DNA of 64,000 nucleotides from an uncultured Gemmatimonadaceae bacterium (GCA_963817955.1 CAWFQK010000005.1:64001-128000), one strand, 5' to 3'. Shown: positions 1 to 10,161, counted from the stretch's first letter. Notes: generated by a model not told the origin, from the letters alone. Numbers and translations: made by a program.

Positions 1-335
1 TCCGGGCCATGACAGGGGGTGCAGTTGGCGGCAAATACCGCCTTGCCGGAATCCAGAGCTTTTGGATCCCTGGCCAGCGCGGCGAGCGCCGCGGCACTGA
101 CGGTTCCGCTGCCTTGCGGCCAGCGCTCTGCCGCGGCGGCAACCTGTCGCTCATACTCCTTGACGCGTCCAGGTCCGCGCAGCGTACGCGTGGGCTCGAA
201 GGCGTAGAGCACGGCGAAGGCGATCGTGCCGTAGAATATCCATACCCACCAGCGCGGCAGCGGGTTGTCGTATTCCTGTATGCCATCATAAGCATGCTCG
301 AGCAGACGATCCTGATCCGTTTCACCGTTCGACAT
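1..335 (-). CDS. ccoP: cbb3-type cytochrome c oxidase subunit III (runs off window start)
   Basis: Manual translation from ATG 335: MSNGETDQDRLLEHAYDGIQEYDNPLPRWW (FixP N-terminal motif), then CTPCH heme motif; directly downstream of ccoQ. Confidence 0.92.
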   Translation of the reverse strand, partial: MSNGETDQDRLLEHAYDGIQEYDNPLPRWWVWIFYGTIAFAVLYAFEPTRTLRGPGRVKEYERQVAAAAERWPQGSGTVSAAALAALARDPKALDSGKAVFAANCTPCHGP

Positions 336-549
336 GCTTCGCTCCTCGCACGTCGTGCGTGGATGGAGGATTAGCGGCATTGCCGGATCCGTCCTCGAAT
401 GGGAGCCGCGTCTGGTCAGCGAAGCTGCGTTTGCTCGACATCAGCAGACGTACGATCAGTGCGACGAACACGAGAAAGAAGATCACGAGCGCGATCTCGG
501 CGTACACGGCAAGGCCAGACCCGCTCACCACATCGGAGATGGACTTCAT
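322..549 (-). CDS. ccoQ: cbb3-type cytochrome c oxidase small subunit CcoQ
   Basis: 75 aa, one TM helix followed by RLPFED; TGATG overlap with the ccoNO stop. Confidence 0.8.
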   Translation of the reverse strand: MKSISDVVSGSGLAVYAEIALVIFFLVFVALIVRLLMSSKRSFADQTRLPFEDGSGNAANPPSTHDVRGAKHVER

Positions 550-2807
550 CACGGCGCCCCGGTTGTAGCGACCGACGTTGCCTTGATGTCCCGACCCAGC
601 CGCTGCAGATACGCCGTGAGCGCCACGATTTCCTTGCGCTGCAGTCCCGCCGGCCCACCGTTCTGGGCAATGCCGTCGGCAACCTGCTTCGCCTGCGTTT
701 CCGCCATCGCCTGCGCGGCGCCCGGCTTCACCGCGTCGCCGTACGGCACGCCCAGCATGGCCATCGCATCGACATGCCGCTGCATCACGTTGAAGTCGAG
801 AGTGTTCGTCAACAGCTGCGGGAACGCTGGCATGATCGACTTCGCAGTGATGGACCGCGGATCCTGCATATGGCGCACGTGCCAGAGGTCGGGATATTTG
901 CCACCCTCGCGCGCCAGATCGGGACCTATCCGACGCGAGCCCCACAGGAACGGATGGTCGTAGACGAATTCGCCCGGCTTGGAGTATTCACCGAAACGCT
1001 CCGTTTCGTGACGGAACGGGCGAATCATCTGCGAATGGCAGTTGAAGCACCCTTCGCGAACGTAGATGTCGCGTCCCGCCAGTTCGAGCGGCGTGTAGGG
1101 CTTCACCGACGCGATCGTCGGCACGTTCGAGCGAATGAGGAATGTGGGAATGATCTCAAACAGCGACGCGACGCCCACGGCGATGACGGTCGCACCGCTG
1201 AACAGTATCCACCGCCGCTCCCACGTGCGGTGCCAGCCGAGCGCAACGAAACGAGCCCACGCACCAACGGGCGGCGACTGACCAGCGGGCTCCCGGTATT
1301 CCTTCTCGAGCCGTGGCGCTTGAATGACCGGCACGTCGTACTGCGCGGGCCGCGTCCGCCATGTCATGAGGATATTCCAACCGAGGATCAACATGCCGAT
1401 GATGTACAGTCCGCCACCGGCCGCGCGCATCCAATACATGGGAACGAGCTTGACCACCGTCTCGATGAAGTCGGGGTAGGCGAGACGGCCCGTCGAATCA
1501 AAGGCGCGCCACATGAGGCCCTGTGTCACGCCAGCGCTGTAGATCGCCACCACATAGAGCAGAATGCCGAAGCTCGCCACCCAGAAGTGAAGCTCCGCGG
1601 CCTTCTTGCTGTACAGCTTTGTCTGGAAGATGCGCGGCAACAGCCAATAGATCATGCCGAACGTGAGAAAACCGTTCCACCCCAGCGTGCCGGTGTGTAC
1701 GTGTGCGATCACCCAGTCGGTGTAATGGGCCAGCGCGTTGACGCTCTTCACGGAGAGCATTGGTCCTTCGAAGGTCGCCATTCCGTACGCGGTGATGGCA
1801 ACCACGAAGAACTTGAGCACTGGTTCTTCCACCACCTTGTGCCAGGCGCCACGCAGGGTGAGCAGGCCGTTGATCATGCCGCCCCACGACGGCATCCAGA
1901 GCATCACACTGAACAGCATACCGAGTGTCGACGCCCACTCCGGCAACGCCGTGTAATGCAGATGGTGCGGCCCCGCCCAGATGTACATGAAGACGAGGGA
2001 CCAGAAATGCAGGATGGACAACTTGTACGAATAGACCGGTCGCTCGGCCGCCTTCGGCATGAAGTAGTACATCAGGCCGAGGAAGGGCGTGGTGAGGACG
2101 AACGCCACGGCGTTGTGCCCGTACCACCACTGCATGAATGCGTCTTGCACGCCCGCATACAGGGAGTAGCTCTTCAGGGGGCCAGCGGGAAGCGCGAGAT
2201 TGTTGAAGATGTGCAGCACGGCGACGGTGACGACGCTGGCGATGTAGAACCAGATCGCAACGTAGAGGTGCCGCTCGCGACGCTTGGCAATAGTGCCGAA
2301 CAGGTTGACGGCGAAAGCCACCCACACCACCGCGATCGCAATGTCGATGGGCCATTCCAGTTCTGCGTACTCCTTTGCCTGCGTGAATCCGAGCGGCAGG
2401 GTAATCGCCGCGGCAACGATGATTGCCTGCCAACCCCAGAAGTGAAACGCGCTGACTCTGTCGGAGAACATCCGCGCCTTGCACAAGCGCTGCAACGAGT
2501 AGTAACAGCCTGTGAAGAAGGCATTGCCCGCGAAGGCGAAGATGACCGCGTTCGTGTGCAGCGGCCGCAGACGCCCGAACGACAGCCACGGCGTGACGTT
2601 CAGTGACGGGAGAACAAGCTCCGTCGCGATGAACAGACCGACGAGCATGCCCACCAGACCCCAGACAAAGGTGGCGAGCATGAACTTTCGGACGATCGCG
2701 TCGTCGTACGAGAACGAATCGAGGAGGGGATTCTGCGAGGCGGTCGGCGCGTACCCGGTCCGCCCGGCGTGACCCACGGCTGGTGATGCACCCTCATGAG
2801 GTGTCAT
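549..2807 (-). CDS. ccoNO: Fused cbb3-type cytochrome c oxidase subunit I/II
   Basis: RLRPLHTN, WWYGHNAV, WAGPHHLHY and HVH CcoN motifs, followed by CcoO EGCFNCHSQMIRP and WGSRRIGPDL. Confidence 0.97.
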   Translation of the reverse strand: MTPHEGASPAVGHAGRTGYAPTASQNPLLDSFSYDDAIVRKFMLATFVWGLVGMLVGLFIATELVLPSLNVTPWLSFGRLRPLHTNAVIFAFAGNAFFTGCYYSLQRLCKARMFSDRVSAFHFWGWQAIIVAAAITLPLGFTQAKEYAELEWPIDIAIAVVWVAFAVNLFGTIAKRRERHLYVAIWFYIASVVTVAVLHIFNNLALPAGPLKSYSLYAGVQDAFMQWWYGHNAVAFVLTTPFLGLMYYFMPKAAERPVYSYKLSILHFWSLVFMYIWAGPHHLHYTALPEWASTLGMLFSVMLWMPSWGGMINGLLTLRGAWHKVVEEPVLKFFVVAITAYGMATFEGPMLSVKSVNALAHYTDWVIAHVHTGTLGWNGFLTFGMIYWLLPRIFQTKLYSKKAAELHFWVASFGILLYVVAIYSAGVTQGLMWRAFDSTGRLAYPDFIETVVKLVPMYWMRAAGGGLYIIGMLILGWNILMTWRTRPAQYDVPVIQAPRLEKEYREPAGQSPPVGAWARFVALGWHRTWERRWILFSGATVIAVGVASLFEIIPTFLIRSNVPTIASVKPYTPLELAGRDIYVREGCFNCHSQMIRPFRHETERFGEYSKPGEFVYDHPFLWGSRRIGPDLAREGGKYPDLWHVRHMQDPRSITAKSIMPAFPQLLTNTLDFNVMQRHVDAMAMLGVPYGDAVKPGAAQAMAETQAKQVADGIAQNGGPAGLQRKEIVALTAYLQRLGRDIKATSVATTGAP

Positions 2808-2910
2808 CCCACGAACATTGTTGGCGTGACCCCGGGGTAGTGTCCGGCGACGCTCGCATCACTGAAGGAGCTTTCCTGACAACCGGTAAGTCAGCGGCTT
2901 GGTCGATCTC

Positions 2911-5541
2911 CTACAATCGTCTCCCCCTCACGATTCCCTCTACGCGGCGGCTCGGATCGAAGAACTTTTCCGCGGCGCGCACCATGGACTCGGCGGTCAC
3001 GGCAAGCACGCGCGAATCGTACTCCGACAATTCGCGGAGCGTCCCGAACAGATACGCGTCCACCATGTCTCCGAGCACCGCGCCACCGCTTTGCTGGCGA
3101 ATCGCATGTACACCAACGGCATAGCGCTGTGCGCGCTCGAGCTCTTCGGGCGAGACCAACTCCTCCCGGAACCGGCGGAACTCCGCGAGCAGACCGTCTC
3201 GCGCAGCGTCCTCTTGCTCCGGCGACGTGGCGATGTATGCGCCGAAGGTGCCGGCAACCTGGCGATCGGCGATGAAGGCGTTCACCGTGTAGCAGAGCGA
3301 TCGCTTATCGCGAAGCTCATCAAAGAACCTGCCGCCGAGGCCGCTGGCGACACTCGCGATCATGGCGGCCGAGAACCGATCGTCATCGTTCCGCGCGGGC
3401 CCCTGAAACAGCAGCGCCAGAGCCGACTGCGCGCGATCCCGGGTCTCGACGCACGTCGTCAGGGTGTGCGGCCAGTCCGGTACCGGAATGGTCCGCGGCT
3501 CCACGTGCCGCAACTCGCTGAACGCGCGCGCGGCCAGATGCGCGAATTCATCGGGATCGCCGTCACCGACAATCGCGATCACCGACGCGGCGGTCATGGC
3601 ACGCTCGGCGTGCCAGGCGCGCACGTCACGGACGCTGATCCGGGCGAGCGTCTGCTCGGTGCCACTGGCGGGAGTGCCGTATGGATGTCCGGCAAACGCC
3701 GCCTGTGTCGCCAAGCGCAGGGGGTACCGGTACATGTCGTCGCGCACGGCGATGACGTCAGCCAGCGCGATCGCCCGCTCCGTGTCGAGCGCCGCCTCGT
3801 CGAACGTCGAACGCTGCACAACATCCGCGAGCAGTTCGATGGCTCCGGCTGCATAGCGTCCCGGTACCGAGATCGACCAGCCAAAACTCTCCGATCCTGC
3901 CGCTCCACCGACGCTGCCACCGAGCATCTCCCCTTCCTCGGCAATCTGCAACGCACTGCGCGTCGTGGTACCCTTGACCGCCGTTCGCATGAGCAGCGTC
4001 GTCAGACCGGCGCGCTCGGGCGACTCCTCGGCCGCGCCGCCCATCATGAACACGCCCGCATGCACCAGCGGAGCATTCGGCTTGATGCGCACGAGAATCG
4101 GGACGCCATGCGCAGTGCGGTACACACGGACACCAGCGTCTTCGCCTTCGAACGTGGGCGTTGGAGCGACCGGTAAGACGTGCGCCTCGTACGGCGCGGC
4201 CGCCGGGAGTGGCTCCGGACACGGCTCGTGATCGAGCAGAACGCGCATCGTGTCGGCATCGGCCGCAACCGGCGCGCTCTCGATCGGCCGATAGATGACG
4301 ACCCCCGTGTTGTCGGGATCGAGATAGCGTCTTGCGGCCGTGACGATGTCGTCGCGCGTCGTCGTCAGCAACCGCTCGAGATAGCGGTCGCCCATACGCC
4401 AATCTCCCAGTGCTTCCCATTCTGCCAGATAGTTCGCCTGCCCTTCCATGTCTTCGAGCCGTCGCACGAACTGCGATTCGTAGACTCGCTTCGCACGCTC
4501 CACTTCGAGCTCGCCGATATCTCCGTTCCGCACGGCTCGAAGCTGATCCCAGATCGCGCGCGACGCGTCGGCCGTGGATGTCGCCGTCGTCTCGGCATGG
4601 ACGACGAACACGCCGATTTCGGTGGGCGTGTAGTTGTACGCCGATACCGACGATGCAAGTCGCCGCTCGCGTACCGCGCGATACAGGCGCGACGCGCGGC
4701 CGCTGCCAAGCACGGCGCCAAGCAGGTCGAGCGCCGGCGTGTCTGGATGGGTCGTGCCGGGCGTACGCCACCCAAAGGCGAGCTGCGCCTGTCCGATGTC
4801 ACCAGTCCACTCGCGGTAGCGGAAGCCAGACACTCCCTCCTCTGTAAGGCCGGGATGCCGGGAGGGTTCGCCGGCTGGCAACACGCCGTACTTCTGCTGC
4901 ACTTCGGCGAGCACGGCGTCCGTATCGAAGTCCCCGACGATGGACAGCACCGTGTTGCCGGGGTGATAGAAGTTCCGGTAGAAGGCCATGAGCGCATCGC
5001 GCGTCAGCGCGCGCAATCCAGACTCACGTCCGATACGCCACCGACGAATGCGGTGCCGGTCATGCAGCAGCTCGTACAATGTTTCCGTGGCAACCGCCGT
5101 CGGGTTATCCGCCTTCCGCTTGGCTTCCTGAATGATGACTTCGAGCTCGCGCGCCAGTTCGTCCGTGTCGATGAGCGAGCGGGCGTATGCGTCGGCTTGT
5201 ACGTCGAGTCCTTGAACCAGCCCGGACGACGGGAGAACCGTGTAGTAGCTCGTGTGATCGTAGATCGTGGCGGCATTGAGATAGCCGCCGACCGCCTTCG
5301 TCTGCTTCGCGATCTCGCCGACGCCGCGCGAGGGCGTACCCTTGAAATACATATGTTCCAGCACATGCGCGATGCCGATCACCTCGTCGGTCTCGTCGAA
5401 GTACCCGGCGTTCACGTACGTGACGATCGCGACGACGGGCGCTGACGCATCGCGGCGGATCAGGACGGTGAGTCCGTTCGCCAAACGGGTACGAATCACC
5501 GACGACGGATCGATGATGGAGAGCGGAGACGTTGCGGTCAC
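2911..5541 (-). CDS. M16 family (pitrilysin/insulinase-like) zinc peptidase
   Basis: Inverted zinc motif HVLEH followed by FKGT; duplicated M16 architecture with a degenerate second half; LRDKRSLCY. Confidence 0.93.
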   Translation of the reverse strand: MTATSPLSIIDPSSVIRTRLANGLTVLIRRDASAPVVAIVTYVNAGYFDETDEVIGIAHVLEHMYFKGTPSRGVGEIAKQTKAVGGYLNAATIYDHTSYYTVLPSSGLVQGLDVQADAYARSLIDTDELARELEVIIQEAKRKADNPTAVATETLYELLHDRHRIRRWRIGRESGLRALTRDALMAFYRNFYHPGNTVLSIVGDFDTDAVLAEVQQKYGVLPAGEPSRHPGLTEEGVSGFRYREWTGDIGQAQLAFGWRTPGTTHPDTPALDLLGAVLGSGRASRLYRAVRERRLASSVSAYNYTPTEIGVFVVHAETTATSTADASRAIWDQLRAVRNGDIGELEVERAKRVYESQFVRRLEDMEGQANYLAEWEALGDWRMGDRYLERLLTTTRDDIVTAARRYLDPDNTGVVIYRPIESAPVAADADTMRVLLDHEPCPEPLPAAAPYEAHVLPVAPTPTFEGEDAGVRVYRTAHGVPILVRIKPNAPLVHAGVFMMGGAAEESPERAGLTTLLMRTAVKGTTTRSALQIAEEGEMLGGSVGGAAGSESFGWSISVPGRYAAGAIELLADVVQRSTFDEAALDTERAIALADVIAVRDDMYRYPLRLATQAAFAGHPYGTPASGTEQTLARISVRDVRAWHAERAMTAASVIAIVGDGDPDEFAHLAARAFSELRHVEPRTIPVPDWPHTLTTCVETRDRAQSALALLFQGPARNDDDRFSAAMIASVASGLGGRFFDELRDKRSLCYTVNAFIADRQVAGTFGAYIATSPEQEDAARDGLLAEFRRFREELVSPEELERAQRYAVGVHAIRQQSGGAVLGDMVDAYLFGTLRELSEYDSRVLAVTAESMVRAAEKFFDPSRRVEGIVRGRRL

Positions 5542-5647
5542 GTTTGTAAAGTCGAAAGAAAAGACGAAAATGCGACGAACGGCGGATCACCGGCGCGAAC
5601 ATGCGCGAGATCCGCCGCCAGGCGCGGGCGTATAACAGTATATCGGG

Positions 5648-6676
5648 TCAGGGCGGCGGCAGGGCTCTCGTGCCCAATGCGGCCGGGTTCGGGTTCGCAG
5701 GTACGGCCGGCGTGCAATTGCTCCACGGCCCCTGCCCCGCGCGACTCAAGAAGTTCGTCGCCTCCTGTACGCGATTCAGCCGCATCAGCGTACAGCCGAG
5801 GTAGCCCTGCGCCGTCTTGTCGGTTGGATCTGCCTGCACCGCGCGCACGTAGAAGCGGCGAGCGAGCTCGTAGTTCCGCTGCGCGAGGAGATTGGCGCCC
5901 ATCTCGCGCAATGCCGTGGCGCTGTTCGGATCCGCCTGCAGAGCGAGCTGCAATTCCTGAGACGCAAGCGAGAAATTGCCCACTTCGCGCGCCATGCGCG
6001 CGAGGTAGATGTGCGGCAGGGACGCATGCGGGTCGTCGCGCACCGCTTTGTTGAACGCGCTTACTGCCGCCTCTCGCTGGCCACGGCGATAGGCGTCGAT
6101 GCCTTGCTGCAGCGCCGCGTTTTCATCTCCGCCAGAAAATGCGTAGTACGCGCCGACGGCGACCGCCGCGATGACGACGACACCGAGCACGAGCGCCCAC
6201 AACGGGAACCGCCGTGGACGCGGCGGCGGTGCGACTTCTGCGGGTTCGGCCGCGGCAGCAGCGGCGAGAGGTGCCGAGGCGGCACGATCCTGCATCGGCA
6301 CACGGGGCAGCTCGATGCCAAGATCGCCCATGCTCGCCGTGTCGAGCTTGAGATATGCGGCACGCGCGGCGTTGATGTCGGCATCAGTCGGACGATAGGC
6401 CGTGTCCTGGACGCGGTCGTGCACCGCCTGAAACTCCGCCAGCGCGTTCGCCTGATCGAAATTGATCAGCTGGCGTTGGCGTGCTTCACGGATCAGAGCC
6501 TGGCCGGTGAGCACGGAACTGCCGACGAGCGCGCGAAGCGCGGCTTCTATCGCGCTCCATGTTTCGATCAGGTCGGCGGCAAGATCTTCGCTGCCGCGTC
6601 CGATATCGAGGCGCGCGATGGCCGGGCGCGCTGCATCGAGTGCAGCGCGCGCGCCCCTCTGTGCTGGCGTACTCAA
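5648..6676 (-). CDS. Membrane-anchored TPR protein
   Basis: Helical N-terminal domain, Ala/Pro linker, TM helix (LWALVLGVVVIAAVAVGAYY), C-terminal TPR repeats; 4-nt overlap with upstream gene. Confidence 0.8.
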   Translation of the reverse strand: MSTPAQRGARAALDAARPAIARLDIGRGSEDLAADLIETWSAIEAALRALVGSSVLTGQALIREARQRQLINFDQANALAEFQAVHDRVQDTAYRPTDADINAARAAYLKLDTASMGDLGIELPRVPMQDRAASAPLAAAAAAEPAEVAPPPRPRRFPLWALVLGVVVIAAVAVGAYYAFSGGDENAALQQGIDAYRRGQREAAVSAFNKAVRDDPHASLPHIYLARMAREVGNFSLASQELQLALQADPNSATALREMGANLLAQRNYELARRFYVRAVQADPTDKTAQGYLGCTLMRLNRVQEATNFLSRAGQGPWSNCTPAVPANPNPAALGTRALPPP

Positions 6677-7809
6677 CGAACGATCCGGAGCAGCCCCGCT
6701 ACAGCGCTACCGCGGATGAAGCTTTCCGCGTCGTTGATTGGGATGCGAACTCCCGTTTGCCGGAAACCATCACGCGACATTCCGGTCATGAACTCGTACA
6801 TGGTATGGCCGGGATTTCCCTTCTGATCACGGATATGGCGCACGATCTCCTCCCAGGACCCGTCAAACGGCGTCCCGTCGTTCACGATGATCTGATGCTC
6901 CGGAAGCTCCTTGGTCTCGACGAGCGAGTTGAGGAGCGTGCCAAAGAGCTCGAGCTGGCCCCGAGCCGTCTCAGCCGCCGGTGCAGTATCCGCGCCTGAC
7001 TGCGGATCCAGTTCCATGAGCATCGTATCGATATCGTCGACATCGCTGGCAAGCTCGGCAAGACGATCGTCCCAGGGCTTCAACTCCGGGTCATTCTCCT
7101 CGAGGTGGTAGAGCGACCGCTTGAGCTCGATCAGCCGCCAGATGCCGAGCTCATCCCAGTGATCATCCGGATTGGTACGCTCGAAATGGTACAATGCGGC
7201 TTCGTACTCAGTCTGATCGTACAGAATGTTTGCGAGATAGATGCGCCCTTCTGCATGGTCATTGTCGAGCTGCAGCGACCGGCGCAGCGAACCGATCGCC
7301 GCGTCGTCCTCGCCGAGCCGATGCTGCGTGTACCCGACACACGCAATGGCCTCAGCCGAGTCCGGCACCTGGCGCACGGCGGTCTCGAAGAACTCCTTTG
7401 CCGCCTCGAAGTATTCGGGCTTGTCGCGAAGCGAGGCTTCACGGAAGAGCGAACGCCCGACCTGCAACATGAGGTCGACATCGTCCGCGTAGCCAAGTTC
7501 CAGCGTGCGACGAAAGCAGCGCATGGCCGCGTCGTCCTGACCGAGCTTGAGAAGTGTCTCACCGAGACCGGCGAGACCGTCTTCATGCTCTGGTTCGAGA
7601 ACGAGCGCCTGCTCAAAGCTAGTGCGCGCCCAGCCATATTCTTCGCACGCCAGCTGGGCGTACCCTACCCCGACATACAACTCTACCGAGCTCGGATAGA
7701 GCGCGAGTCCTTCCCGGAGAACCGAGAGCGCATCGTCATACTGCCCTTCGTTGTAGAGCTGATGAGCGCGTTCATCGTACTCCTCAGAACTCAGGAACGG
7801 GTTGGCCAT
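6673..7809 (-). CDS. Tetratricopeptide repeat protein
   Basis: Multiple TPR-like repeats (e.g. ARTSFEQALVLEPEH); probable start MANPF at 7809 with GGAGG upstream. Confidence 0.85.
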   Translation of the reverse strand: MANPFLSSEEYDERAHQLYNEGQYDDALSVLREGLALYPSSVELYVGVGYAQLACEEYGWARTSFEQALVLEPEHEDGLAGLGETLLKLGQDDAAMRCFRRTLELGYADDVDLMLQVGRSLFREASLRDKPEYFEAAKEFFETAVRQVPDSAEAIACVGYTQHRLGEDDAAIGSLRRSLQLDNDHAEGRIYLANILYDQTEYEAALYHFERTNPDDHWDELGIWRLIELKRSLYHLEENDPELKPWDDRLAELASDVDDIDTMLMELDPQSGADTAPAAETARGQLELFGTLLNSLVETKELPEHQIIVNDGTPFDGSWEEIVRHIRDQKGNPGHTMYEFMTGMSRDGFRQTGVRIPINDAESFIRGSAVAGLLRIVR

Positions 7810-7876
7810 CTTCAGCAAGCCTCCAGCTCATGAGGGTACTGCTATAGTACCATCACTGCACAAGGAAGTTCAATGG

Positions 7877-8057
7877 CGCGTATGTTTGGCGCGCCCTCTT
7901 TTTTGAGTGGCGAACGGGTGGTCGGTGGAGCGTCGGACAGAGACTCGATTACGACGGGAGTCGGAATGTTATGCCTATTGCCGACGCACATCAGTCAGTC
8001 GTCCACCGCTCCACCGGCCCACCCGTTCACTCATAGTATCGCGCCACTTACAACGCG
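7877..8057. ncRNA. Candidate structured ncRNA (long imperfect hairpin, 6S-like architecture)
   Basis: Manual folding: 7904-7945 pairs with 7997-8033; outer stems 7887-7893/8040-8046 and 7877-7881/8053-8057; apical hairpin 7960-7985; lies mostly in the intergenic gap. Confidence 0.4.
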
Positions 8058-8962
8058 GACTCGCTTGCGCAACAGATCGTTGCAATTTCTCCCGCGAGCA
8101 ACGCATTCTGCTCGAGTAACGCGAGATTGGCATCGAGCGAACTTCCACCGGTTAAACGAGTTACGGCCGCAAGCAGAAACGGTGTGATGGCCGCGCCGCT
8201 AATGCCACTCTCCCTCGCTTCCGCTTGCGCCTGCTGGACCGCCAGGTCCACGTCGGCGCGAGGAAGCGCGTGGGCCGCAGGAGGAGGCTGCACGACGAGC
8301 AAGGACTGAGGGCGCCCGAGCGCGCGGTGCGCGCGAAACATGGTCACGATCTCAGCGACGTCGTCGGCCCGTGCGTCGAGCACAATGCCGGTTTCGGCGC
8401 AGAAGAAGCCAGGCAGTTCGCTCGTACGATAGCCGATGACGGGCACGCCGAGGCTCTCCAGACGTTCCCACGTTGCCGGCAGATCGAGAATCGATTTTGC
8501 GCCGGCGCAAACGACGATCATCGCGCTACGCGCGAGCTCAGCCAGATCGGCTGACTCATCGTACGGCACGTCACGGTGCACACCGCCAATGCCTCCGGTG
8601 GCGAAGACTTCGATACCGACGGCACTCGCAAGCGCCAATGTCGCAGCGACGGTCGTGGCGCCGTCGCCCCGCTTGGCTACGACCGACGGGATGTCGCGTG
8701 CCGAGACCTTCCGCACCCCGTCGCGCCGGAGAAATCGCTCGAGTTCATCAGGCTCGAGCCCCACGGCTGGGGTCCCCTGCACAATCGCAGTGATCGCCGC
8801 GATGGCCCCAGCGCGTTGCACCGCCCCAGTCATTCGTTCAACGGCTTCGCGATTCTGCGGTATCGGCAAGCCCTGGGCGAGAACTGAGCTCTCGAGTGCG
8901 ACGACTGGCCTGCCAGCACTGAGCGCAGCTTCGATTTCGGTCAGGACGCGAATCAAGGTCAT
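8048..8962 (-). CDS. psuG: Pseudouridine-5'-phosphate glycosidase
   Basis: PVVALES, GATTVA, FATGGIGGVHR, ESADL, GAKSILD and TPFLL motifs. Confidence 0.95.
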   Translation of the reverse strand: MTLIRVLTEIEAALSAGRPVVALESSVLAQGLPIPQNREAVERMTGAVQRAGAIAAITAIVQGTPAVGLEPDELERFLRRDGVRKVSARDIPSVVAKRGDGATTVAATLALASAVGIEVFATGGIGGVHRDVPYDESADLAELARSAMIVVCAGAKSILDLPATWERLESLGVPVIGYRTSELPGFFCAETGIVLDARADDVAEIVTMFRAHRALGRPQSLLVVQPPPAAHALPRADVDLAVQQAQAEARESGISGAAITPFLLAAVTRLTGGSSLDANLALLEQNALLAGEIATICCASESAL

Positions 8963-9037
8963 GTATGGGGCTAGGGACGCGTGAAGGAAAGCGCGAGACC
9001 GGGGAGGTAAAAACTAACAACCCTCGGACCTCGATCC

Positions 9038-9643
9038 TCAGCGCACCCCCGCCGTCGTTCCCGACTGAATCGGTGTCGCAGTGACGATCAACCGCTCCGG
9101 CGCAGGTCCAAGGTATCGGATCGGCCAGCACGTGGTGAGCGTCAAGGTTGCGTTCGACGTCCGGAACAATGCCGGATCGTCTTTGCCCAGGATGCGCTTG
9201 CCGACGACCACCCAGTCCTTGCGGTAGACGCCCGACTCGGTCGCGATCGTATCGCCCAATTCCAGCGCGTCCAGATGGTTGAAGTGCCGATCGCGATGTG
9301 CTGAGATGACCGAGTTGCCCGGCTCTCCCGGAAATGCGCTGCCGGGAAGATGCCCCGGACCGGCGTTGAGATCGTCGCCGTCAACACCTTCCAATACGAT
9401 CGCGTCGAGATCCAAGCGCGGAATTACCAGCCGCGCGACGGGTGCCCCTTCAACGAGTGGTTCGCGGTGACCATGGTGGAGTGATACCGACCGCGCGATG
9501 ACTACGGCCTCCCTCGCATCGGCCGCATCCCACGCTGCCCGGGCCCGGTCCGCCCGAACCATGCCGATGGCGTACCGGCCGATAGCAAATGACAGCAGCA
9601 GTCCGCCAAGGACGTACAGCGTGAATCCGACGGCTTTACGCAC
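9038..9643 (-). CDS. Class D-like sortase
   Basis: N-terminal TM, ISAHRD (His), TLTLTTCWP (Cys), ERLIV (Arg); GTG start overlaps the stop of the upstream gene. Confidence 0.9.
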   Translation of the reverse strand: MRKAVGFTLYVLGGLLLSFAIGRYAIGMVRADRARAAWDAADAREAVVIARSVSLHHGHREPLVEGAPVARLVIPRLDLDAIVLEGVDGDDLNAGPGHLPGSAFPGEPGNSVISAHRDRHFNHLDALELGDTIATESGVYRKDWVVVGKRILGKDDPALFRTSNATLTLTTCWPIRYLGPAPERLIVTATPIQSGTTAGVR

Positions 9644-10046
9644 GGTTGCGCGGCGGACCGGCGGAGCGACCACCCGCCAGCAGAAACGTACCGAGCAATA
9701 GTGACACCGCTCCGACCAATGCGAGCAGGGGCAGCCAGCTCGCCGTTGCCGGCGCACGGGTGCCGCTCACAAACGCCGTGGTCGACTCAGGCGCCGTCGG
9801 CGCATTCGCCAGCGTATCGATGGCTGGCGGCGGCGCGGGGACTCCTGCAGCGGAGTCAACCCAGGTCTTCATGTTGGTGAGCTGCGTGTTCACGATACTA
9901 TCCGTCTTCGCCTTCTGTTGCGCGACGGCGGCTGTTACCGAGTCCGCAATCTTCTTTTGCGGCGGAATGAACGTCGTGAACTGCGCAGCGGCGATGTTCG
10001 TCGCGCCAACGATCAGTGCGAGCGACAAGCAATGACGGAACGCCAC
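9636..10046 (-). CDS. Secreted protein, putative sortase substrate (APATA motif + TM + basic tail)
   Basis: Signal peptide ending AAAQ; C-terminal APATAS-WLPLLALVGAVSLLLGTFLLAGG-RSAGPPRNRA; GGAGAGGAGG RBS. Confidence 0.75.
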   Translation of the reverse strand: MAFRHCLSLALIVGATNIAAAQFTTFIPPQKKIADSVTAAVAQQKAKTDSIVNTQLTNMKTWVDSAAGVPAPPPAIDTLANAPTAPESTTAFVSGTRAPATASWLPLLALVGAVSLLLGTFLLAGGRSAGPPRNRA

Positions 10047-10161
10047 GGTGTGAATCCTCCTCTCCCCACCGACCAGCGCATACGCCAGGCCACCACCATG
10101 AACGACCCGAGCGAACCCTACTTCTCAGGCCAACGCCCTCATGAGTTCGTCGGAATGGCAC

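Noticed and set aside
399..2606. 735-aa + strand ORF and similar long antisense ORFs (e.g. 28696-30903, 47799-49004)
   Set aside because: Shadows of well-supported opposite-strand genes in GC-rich DNA; no motifs
549..2807. ccoN-ccoO fusion as a novelty
   Set aside because: Already known from several bacterial phyla
2876..2894. CTGAC-N9-GTCAG upstream of ccoNO as an FNR box
   Set aside because: Does not fit TTGAT-N4-ATCAA; a 5-bp arm is too weak to call
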